Positions 8,636 through 14,972 of a stretch of 43,032 nucleotides of DNA are shown in pieces. The position numbers were made by a program, and so were the translations under genes. The stretch is from Thermoproteota archaeon (GTDB taxonomy: Archaea > Thermoproteota > Bathyarchaeia > Bathyarchaeales > JAYEKF01). The DNA lies in the NCBI GenBank assembly GCA_034660895.1, contig JAYEKF010000044.1:1-43032 (forward strand). Reading direction: 5' to 3'. A model generated the notes under the pieces. The model was not told the origin of the DNA. It worked only from the letters and a program-made list of their open reading frames with translations, and made no database searches. Numbering within the stretch: position 1 is the first letter of the stretch; every line of letters begins with the position of its first letter.

Positions 8636-9892
8636 TTGGCAACCGTTATAGTTGCAATGTTGCTGTTATCCAGTGTTCCTCCAGCGTTCGCCTCGAGCAA
8701 TTGGTCAAAACCAAGACCCTCCGAATACACCGTTTACAATGAGACCATTGGAAACGCAGATAGTAATAGTAAGTGCTCAGTAGGTTTAGGCGTGGAGATA
8801 TCTGATTATATCCCAAGCACTGAGATTATAGATTATGACACGCTTCGCTTGAGAATAATCACTTCTGCGAACACTAGGAAATCAATTGAATATGGCTGTG
8901 GGCTGTCTTTGATGAGGGAGTATGAATGGTATAACGTTTCTACCCCGACGAATATTAATGGCGATAATGACGGTGAGTGGCGTGACATGTTCACCTTCCT
9001 CTACTACGGCGTTGAATATCACAAAGTTTGGGTTTGCAGCAACGGCTTTCTCTGTTTGAACAAAACCTGCACCAGCCCCAACCCGCAAAGCATCCCGAAT
9101 ACAGGGGAGCCCAACCCAGTTATCGCAGCGTTCTGGAGAGACCTTCACCCCGAAGAGGGAGGCAACATCACCTACGGTTTCGTTGACTATGACAACTATT
9201 TTGTTGTAAGTTGGAATGGGGTTCCCGACGACGATGATGTCCCTCAAACGTTCCAGATAGTCATAGAGAATCAACCGGGAGGCAGCCTCAGCCACAACAA
9301 AATCTACTTCCAGTACAAAGACATCACAAAAAATCGTTACACAGTGGTTGGAGTGGAAAATCAAATAGGTAATCGCGGCGACTACTACAATTACAACGAC
9401 CTCCAAAACGAATTGATTCTCGAATGCAGTAATTCCGCCGCAGGGCTGTACCGTCTCTCCCGGCTGAAAATTAGGCTGACCAAAGACGACGACTACGCAA
9501 AGATAGAGTTAAAAGAGACAGATGTAGGCGGATACAACGTTTTCCTAAAAAATAATGAGAATCCGTACGGAGAGGTTTTTCTAGCCGGTGCCGAGTTCGT
9601 GGCTGCTGTGCTCCTCCCAGCGAAATTGGGCATTATGCTTAGTGCCATGTTAATTGCATATGCTTTAGGCGGCGTTATGGCTTGGGTGATTTTTAAGCCG
9701 AATGGCTTGCTCCCATCATTATACTCTTTATGCCCAGTAATTTTTGAAGCCCCGCTGTGGATTCTTTTGAAGCTGATAGAGATAAACATAGGGTTTGCCT
9801 TCGTAGTTGTAGTTTTAGCTACAGCGTTGGGAAACCATCTTTTGAACAAGGTTTTCGGGGGAACTGGAGTAACGTATGCTGAAAGGAGATAA
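8636..9892 (+). CDS. Hypothetical secreted protein with a NIDO-like central domain and a C-terminal multi-TM anchor (418 aa from TTG; the true start may be ATG 8596 with a frame correction)
   Basis: A signal-peptide-like segment is present (LLATVIVAMLLLSSVPPAFA/SS). There are five N-x-S/T sequons. The central domain reads VWVCSNGFLCL...PVIAAFWRDL...FVVSWNGV...TFQIVIEN...IYFQYKDI...VGVENQ. Three C-terminal hydrophobic segments follow. Confidence 0.75.
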   Translation: MATVIVAMLLLSSVPPAFASSNWSKPRPSEYTVYNETIGNADSNSKCSVGLGVEISDYIPSTEIIDYDTLRLRIITSANTRKSIEYGCGLSLMREYEWYNVSTPTNINGDNDGEWRDMFTFLYYGVEYHKVWVCSNGFLCLNKTCTSPNPQSIPNTGEPNPVIAAFWRDLHPEEGGNITYGFVDYDNYFVVSWNGVPDDDDVPQTFQIVIENQPGGSLSHNKIYFQYKDITKNRYTVVGVENQIGNRGDYYNYNDLQNELILECSNSAAGLYRLSRLKIRLTKDDDYAKIELKETDVGGYNVFLKNNENPYGEVFLAGAEFVAAVLLPAKLGIMLSAMLIAYALGGVMAWVIFKPNGLLPSLYSLCPVIFEAPLWILLKLIEINIGFAFVVVVLATALGNHLLNKVFGGTGVTYAERR

Positions 9893-9894
9893 GA

Positions 9895-10047
9895 ATGAAA
9901 ATCTCGAAGAAGTGGTTGCTGATTGCTTTAGTATCGGTGGTTATTGCTGTTGTAACCGTGTATTTTCTAGCGAAGGACATAGAGTATTTGAGCCGCTTAA
10001 AGACTATCGGTGGTCATCCTCCAAAACAGGTGGTATTACAGGTTTAG
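9895..10047 (+). CDS. Hypothetical small single-TM protein (50 aa), not in the ORF track
   Basis: The ATG lies 2 nt after the upstream TAA stop and has an AGGAG RBS. MKISKKWLLIALVSVVIAVVTVYF matches the N-terminus of the 7416 protein at 11/16 residues. The ORF ends at TAG 10045-10047. Confidence 0.5.
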   Translation: MKISKKWLLIALVSVVIAVVTVYFLAKDIEYLSRLKTIGGHPPKQVVLQV

Positions 10048-10077
10048 GAACTGAAAGCTTTGACACGTTTGAGGATA

Positions 10078-10392
10078 ATGGCTGAAGTTTTAGTTATTGT
10101 TGCCAGTGTAGTCGTAGCGATGCCAAAAAATTTCCACGTTTGCATTAGTAAAGTGTCTGGGTTTAAGTTAGTTTTCGTAGTACTTTTAATAGGGACGATA
10201 ATTTGGGGAGGCATGCTCTACCATACTCTTCAAGAGTACCAAAGCATGATTGAAGAAATACCTGACTGGTTACGTAAGTACTGGAATTATGTTCCGTTTT
10301 CTTGGTCTTCTTGCAGTACCTCCCTTCTCGAACCTGCAGAGGTGCTTAAAGCAGCTGAAGTTGATGGAAACTACTTCTGTAAAGGGGTCTGA
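10078..10392 (+). CDS. Hypothetical membrane protein (104 aa from ATG 10078; the ORF track starts at TTG 10060)
   Basis: A GAGG lies 4 nt upstream of ATG 10078. Two hydrophobic segments are present. The ORF is in the same frame as 9895-10047, separated by a single TAG. Confidence 0.5.
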   Translation: MAEVLVIVASVVVAMPKNFHVCISKVSGFKLVFVVLLIGTIIWGGMLYHTLQEYQSMIEEIPDWLRKYWNYVPFSWSSCSTSLLEPAEVLKAAEVDGNYFCKGV

Positions 10393-10516
10393 GAGGGTGA
10401 GGAAGACTTGACGGCTAACTTTAGGATGTACAGAATAGGTGAACCTGAGTCTTCCAGTCCCTTCGAGGGCGTTTTCTCCTTGACGATTAATGCAGACGTA
10501 TCTCGCGCCGACCTAA

Positions 10517-10609
10517 GACGTAATTGACGTACTCTCGGAACCGATGAACATTCAGAGAATTGTCATCGCACGGGAACTGCTGGGAAAAGAATGCATATCC
10601 TACCAATAA
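10517..10609 (+). pseudogene. 3'-terminal remnant of a second acyl-CoA dehydrogenase gene
   Basis: The frame translates to DVIDVLSEPMNIQRIVIARELLGKECISYQ*. This compares with ...GGLNIQKIVVARELLGRDYVPYK* at the end of the intact ACAD (3048-4364). An in-frame TAA at 10514-10516 and multiple stops lie upstream. No N-terminal 350 aa is present. Confidence 0.7.
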
Positions 10610-10649
10610 CGATGTTTTCTCTTTCCTTCATAAAAGGAGTTAGGAAACT

Positions 10650-11627
10650 TTAACCATCTTTCAGTATTTTCTTTAGCTCGGATGTCAAGGCGGGAATTAT
10701 GTCGTAAAGGTCTCCAACCACGATGTAGTCCGCAACTTCAAAGATCGGCGCTTCAGGGTCTTTGTTGACTGCAACAATCACCTGTGAATCTCGTATTCCA
10801 GCCACATGTTGAATCATGCCGGATATGCCGCAGGCCACGTAAAGCGAGGGGGTAACCTTTCGTCCAGACAGTCCAATCCAATCTGTGAACCATCTTCGGT
10901 CTTCTGCGATTGGGCGGGAGTTTCCGATTTGTCCTCTAAGCGTCTCCGCCAGCTGGTTGAACATTTCAAAGTCTTCTTTGTTTTTCACTCCTCTTCCGCC
11001 GCTGATGATTACGTTTGCTTCTTCTAACGCAACTTTTCTGGCTTCAACTTCCTTTGTTTCCACAATTTCAGTTTTTGGCTCCTCAATTTTTACGTCTACT
11101 TCAGTGATTTCCCCGGTTTTTTCTTTCGGCTCCAATTTTTCGAAAACTCTGGGTGGCACAGTGACGATTTCGGGTTTGGTTTTACACATCATTTTTGCCA
11201 CGGCGTTTCCTCCATAAACAATCCGTTTCATTGTTAACTGTCCGTTTTCGTTTATGTTCAGTTCTGTGCAGTCTGGAACACACCCGGTTTCCAGTCTGAC
11301 GGCTAATCTTGAGGCTAATTCTTTTCCGTTGCATGTTGAACCGATTAGGATGATTTCGGGTTTCCGGCGGGCTGCAAGTTCGGTGAGAACACTGAGGTAC
11401 GGCTCTAACCGAAATTTTTCAAGTTTAGGATTGTCCATCAAGAGAATTTTGTCGGCTCCGTGTTGGATAAGTTGCTGGGCTTGGTTTTTAGCGTTCTTTC
11501 CTAATAGGATGGCGGTCAGTTTCGTTTGCAGTTTGTCGGCGAGCTGTCTTCCTTTTCCCAACAACTCTAACATTAAGTTACGGTTTTCTGAGAAAACCCA
11601 AACTTCGCAGTTGGTCACCGTTTTCAC
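10650..11627 (-). CDS. etfA: Electron transfer flavoprotein, alpha (large) subunit
   Basis: ETF-alpha motifs are present: IISGGRG, PSLYVACGISGMIQHVAG, VAVNKDPEAPIF. A GTGA overlap with the etfB stop is present. Confidence 0.92.
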   Translation of the reverse strand: MKTVTNCEVWVFSENRNLMLELLGKGRQLADKLQTKLTAILLGKNAKNQAQQLIQHGADKILLMDNPKLEKFRLEPYLSVLTELAARRKPEIILIGSTCNGKELASRLAVRLETGCVPDCTELNINENGQLTMKRIVYGGNAVAKMMCKTKPEIVTVPPRVFEKLEPKEKTGEITEVDVKIEEPKTEIVETKEVEARKVALEEANVIISGGRGVKNKEDFEMFNQLAETLRGQIGNSRPIAEDRRWFTDWIGLSGRKVTPSLYVACGISGMIQHVAGIRDSQVIVAVNKDPEAPIFEVADYIVVGDLYDIIPALTSELKKILKDG

Positions 11628-12418
11628 CTCCCGATTACGCCCTCTTGAATCAATGCTTTAGCCAGTTTCTCCGCAATTTCCTGCGGGCTTTTCCCTTCTA
11701 TCACCATTCTTTTTCTTTCTGTTTTTGGCGCCAGTACCTCAATCACTTTTACGCACAAGCCTGCTTTTCCAACTTTCTCTTTTGGGATTTGCAGGTCGTC
11801 TGCGTTCCATGTTATGAGTGGTTTCTTAGACGCGTTCATAATGTCCATAAGCGATGGAATTCTTGGTTCGTTGATTTCCTTTGTAACCGTGACTAACGCA
11901 GGTGTTTTGGTTTTCTCAGTTTCGTAGCGGTCTTTTAGGTTTCTTTCCGCGGTTACGATGTTGCCATCGAGGACAAGTTTTCTTGTGTAGGTGATCACGG
12001 GAACGTGAAGTTGTTCGGCTAGTTGCGGGCCAACTTGACCAGCGAAACTGTCGATTGAGGCTTCCCCGCATAGAATAAGGTCGAATTGACCGAGTTTTCG
12101 AACGGCTTTGGCTAATATACGTGAAGTAGCTAAGGTGTCTGAGTTTTCGAATGACGGATCTGTGAGGAGATAGGCTTGGTCTGCTCCCATGGCGAGGGCT
12201 TCCCTTAGATTTGTTTTTGCTTCTGGCGGGCCGAACATGATGGTTGTGATTTTTCCGCGCTGCTTTTCTTTTATTCTTACGGCTTCTTCCAGCGCGTTTT
12301 TGTCGAAGTCGCTGATTTTTTTGGGAGCGTCTGCAACAAGGGGTTTTCTTGTTTTCTGGTCTGTTTTGAGTTGGGTGACGTCTATTGCCTGCTTGAGGCA
12401 GACGATTAAGTTCACCAT
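11624..12418 (-). CDS. etfB: Electron transfer flavoprotein, beta (small) subunit
   Basis: ETF-beta motifs are present: VCLKQAIDV, NALEEAVRIKE, DLILCGEASIDSFAGQVGPQLAEQL. Confidence 0.92.
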   Translation of the reverse strand: MVNLIVCLKQAIDVTQLKTDQKTRKPLVADAPKKISDFDKNALEEAVRIKEKQRGKITTIMFGPPEAKTNLREALAMGADQAYLLTDPSFENSDTLATSRILAKAVRKLGQFDLILCGEASIDSFAGQVGPQLAEQLHVPVITYTRKLVLDGNIVTAERNLKDRYETEKTKTPALVTVTKEINEPRIPSLMDIMNASKKPLITWNADDLQIPKEKVGKAGLCVKVIEVLAPKTERKRMVIEGKSPQEIAEKLAKALIQEGVIGR

Positions 12419-12750
12419 GTGTGTAGGCTCCTTTTTTGTTGGTTTTGGGAATGGTTAAATTAAAGTTTTGGTTGGCAATTCGGACGTTTGGGTTGGATTT
12501 TGCTTTCGTTTCCAGCGTATGTGGATGTCTCAGACGGTGCCGAAATACTCAAACCCGGCTTCTGCAAGTTTTCTGGCTTCATCATAAATTAGTTCCAAAC
12601 GTTAATTTCTACGGTTTGAAAAAAAGGATTTTGCGGGTGACATCTCACTGTGGGGAGGACTCAAATCTTGCATCTAGCTTTTAGATAGATTTGATAAATG
12701 GCATTACCTCATAGTTAGCATGAGCCTCAGGATTGGAGAGATGAAGACAC

Positions 12751-13274
12751 ATGAGCGATATTGCGTTGCTGATTATCGACATGCAAGTAGGAAACTTCTC
12801 AGAGCCCGACCCAATTTACAAAGGGAATGAGCTTATCACAGAGTTAAGAGCCTGATCACCAAAGCGCGTTCTGCAGAGACGCTGATCGTTTATGTCCAAA
12901 ATAATGGTAGTACTGGTGATCCTGACGAATACGGAACTCCCGGATGGGAAATCCATCCCACAATCCAGCCAGCTGAGGGAGATGTGCTTATTCAAAAGCA
13001 TACACCAGACGCCTTTCATGAAACAAACTTGCACTATGAACTAAAGTCCAGAAAAATCAAGAGGCTAGTCATTGTAGGATTGCAGACGGAGTATTGCATA
13101 GATACGACCTGCCGCCGCGCGTTCACTCTCGGCTATGAAGTAACCCTAGTCAAAGATGCACACAGTACTTGGGACTCTTCGCTTATCACAGCACAACAAA
13201 TCATCGACCATCACAACCATGTCTTGGGTGGATGGTTTGTCACTTTGAAAAGTGAGAGAGAAATTGAATTCTAA
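12751..13274 (+). pseudogene. Isochorismatase-family cysteine hydrolase, split by a single frame change near 12831-12855 (or an assembly indel)
   Basis: Frame 1 gives MSDIALLIIDMQVGNF...ELRA* with a stop at 12853-12855. Frame 0 continues LITKARSAETLIVYVQNNG...IQKHTPDAF...VIVGLQTEYCIDTT...DAHST. The catalytic D, K and C residues are all present. Confidence 0.8.
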
Positions 13275-13486
13275 TGCATGTTGTTTCTTATGAGACATTT
13301 TAGAAAAAGGGGAGTATGCGGGAGACATCTCCACTTTGCTGTTCGAATTAAGGTTTTGGTTAGGGTGCGTAGCCTAGTATGTAAGAGAGATAGCCGGTGT
13401 AGCCTTGTCTAGAGTGAAATTTGAGTTAGTTAAATTTAAGTATGCGCTGGCTTCTTTATGGATTTTGGCGCCCTAAATCACAATTA

Positions 13487-13561
13487 GCCCTGGTAGTATA
13501 GTCCGGTCTAGTATAAGCGGCTGTCGCCCGCTTGACCCGGGTTCAAATCCCGGCCAGGGCG
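13487..13561 (+). tRNA. tRNA-Asp (anticodon GUC), 75 nt, no encoded CCA
   Basis: I folded the cloverleaf by hand. The acceptor stem is GCCCUGG/CCAGGGC. The anticodon stem is AGCGG/CCGCU with loop CUGUCGC. The T arm is CCGGG-UUCAAAU-CCCGG. The discriminator is G, followed by a T-run. Confidence 0.95.
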
Positions 13562-13628
13562 CTTTTTCATTTTAGAGTAAAAAATTTGACTCTTTTTGAG
13601 AAATTCGTTCGGTATGAGATTTTTGCTC

Positions 13629-13770
13629 CGCGCTAGGTCGTTGCTAAATTCCGAAAGTTGACGTGAACATGTCTGTACTTGTTTGATTTTACGCGCGTGT
13701 TTTACACGTTTGAACCATTCAAGGAAGGACAATTGACACGAAAAGAGTAATTTAGCAACACACTAGCGCG
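13629..13770. repeat. Inverted repeat: 22-nt arms (19/22 complementary) flanking a 98-nt spacer
   Basis: The left arm 13629-13650 is cgcgctaggtcgttgctaaatt. The right arm 13749-13770 is aatttagcaacacactagcgcg. The only mismatches are the three central positions. Confidence 0.8.
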
Positions 13771-13834
13771 CGCAGTTGGACAAATTCTATGGTACATCTG
13801 ATCTCTGGTTAAAGATTTATATCATCAACCGAAT

Positions 13835-14287
13835 ATGAGACCACAAGATGCCAAGGTGTTGGCAATGGTTGAAGAAACTGAGGAGGCTAAAGAAGTATTG
13901 AATCAATTTGAGGATTTTCAACATGTATTCTTGGCGACCATGGACGGTGATCAACCCCAAGTCAGACCTGTCACGCTAATCAATTTTGAAGGCAAATTTT
14001 GGATAACAACAGACATGTGGAGTGAAAAGGTTAAACAGATACAGAAGAACCCGAAAGTGGAATTCTCCTTTGTGTTCAAAAAGGGAAATAGAGACTGTTG
14101 CATAAGAGTTACTGGATTAGCAAAAATAATTAAAGATAAGCAGGTTAAGACAAAACTGGCGAGGCGTTGCGATTTCTTCAGCAAACATTGGGAAAGCGTA
14201 GATGACCCCAACTATACTCTTTTGCAGATATTCCCTTCTGAAGCTACATATGTGACACCAGACAAGACAACACGCATAAAACTGTAG
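13835..14287 (+). CDS. Pyridoxamine 5'-phosphate oxidase-like FMN-binding split-barrel protein
   Basis: LATMDGDQPQVRPVTLINFEGKFWITTDMWSEKVKQIQKNPKVEFSF is typical of the PNPOx-like / general stress protein 26 family. Confidence 0.7.
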   Translation: MRPQDAKVLAMVEETEEAKEVLNQFEDFQHVFLATMDGDQPQVRPVTLINFEGKFWITTDMWSEKVKQIQKNPKVEFSFVFKKGNRDCCIRVTGLAKIIKDKQVKTKLARRCDFFSKHWESVDDPNYTLLQIFPSEATYVTPDKTTRIKL

Positions 14288-14473
14288 TATGTACTCTTCA
14301 TCAGTCGAAGCGCGCGTTATCTGCTTGCTTTCGAAATTAGCAAAAACATGAAGTATGATTTCCGAGTTTGGATACGAGTGTGCATCTAGACCAAGGCGCC
14401 ACTTTTCATGCAGTTTTGCGGAACGTTTTTTGGGAGCAACAGTACATATCGTTTTTGGAAGACTGAAAGCCAA

Positions 14474-14641
14474 ATGCTGTACGGAATAATCGTCGCAGTC
14501 GTACCGGTGCCAACGCCTAAACCAAAACCACAACCCGTTTTAATCTGCCCAAAATGCAAATCCTACATACCAGTTTGCTCAAAATTTTGCCCACAATGCG
14601 GCGCTGACTTACGCCCAAAGGAACACAAACAGAAAATTTAA
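14474..14641 (+). CDS. Small zinc-ribbon protein with an N-terminal hydrophobic segment (55 aa from ATG 14474; the ORF is open from 14408)
   Basis: The CPKC...CPQCG zinc-ribbon motif is preceded by a PTPKPKPQP linker. Confidence 0.55.
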   Translation: MLYGIIVAVVPVPTPKPKPQPVLICPKCKSYIPVCSKFCPQCGADLRPKEHKQKI

Positions 14642-14682
14642 TCTTGCAATCACGTTCAATAATTAGCTGAGGGAAACCTAAA

Positions 14683-14928
14683 ATGTTGTTCATAACACTT
14701 CTGCGACCTAAAGGAAAAGGTGGAAACGCTGTAGAATACCTCAAAAAACTGAAACCAAAAAAAGGCATCACAATCCGCGATGTCTACTTCACTTTCGGAC
14801 GGTACGACGGCGCCATCGTATTTGAAGCCGCCAACGAAACAGCAGCTATGAACTTCGTTATGCAAACAGGCTTCACAACAAAATATACCATGGAAACCCT
14901 AGTAGCCGTTCCTGCCCAAAAACTCTGA
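14683..14928 (+). CDS. GYD-domain protein
   Basis: The sequence has FTFGRYDGAIVFEA (GRYD signature), and the 81-aa size is typical of the family. Confidence 0.75.
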   Translation: MLFITLLRPKGKGGNAVEYLKKLKPKKGITIRDVYFTFGRYDGAIVFEAANETAAMNFVMQTGFTTKYTMETLVAVPAQKL

Positions 14929-14972
14929 AAAACCTCTTTATCATCTAATCTTTTTCTTTACGGCCAAACTAT

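Noticed and set aside
8467-8742. A 91-aa ORF spanning the 7955/8636 gene junction.
   Set aside because: Most of it is an alternative frame of two better genes. Only its internal ATG at 8596 is of interest, and that is reported separately.
9876-10085. A 69-aa ORF listed in the track.
   Set aside because: It is out of frame with the RBS-preceded ATG 9895 ORF, whose product has a clear TM helix and a paralogue. The 69-aa product is Cys/Gly-rich with no features.
12529-12600. A short minus-strand reading frame, ELIYDEARKLAEAGFEYFGTV*, as a gene remnant.
   Set aside because: It is only 22 codons, has no recognisable family, and the upstream frames are closed. I kept it only as an alternative reading of the C/D-box candidate.
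12436-12684. An 82-aa plus-strand ORF in the etfB upstream region.
   Set aside because: It starts with TTG, has no RBS, has a Cys/Arg-rich low-complexity product, and lies in a divergent promoter region.
13508-13732. A 74-aa minus-strand ORF.
   Set aside because: Its 3' part overlaps tRNA-Asp (13487-13561) on the opposite strand. The C-terminal residues are simply the reverse-translated tRNA.
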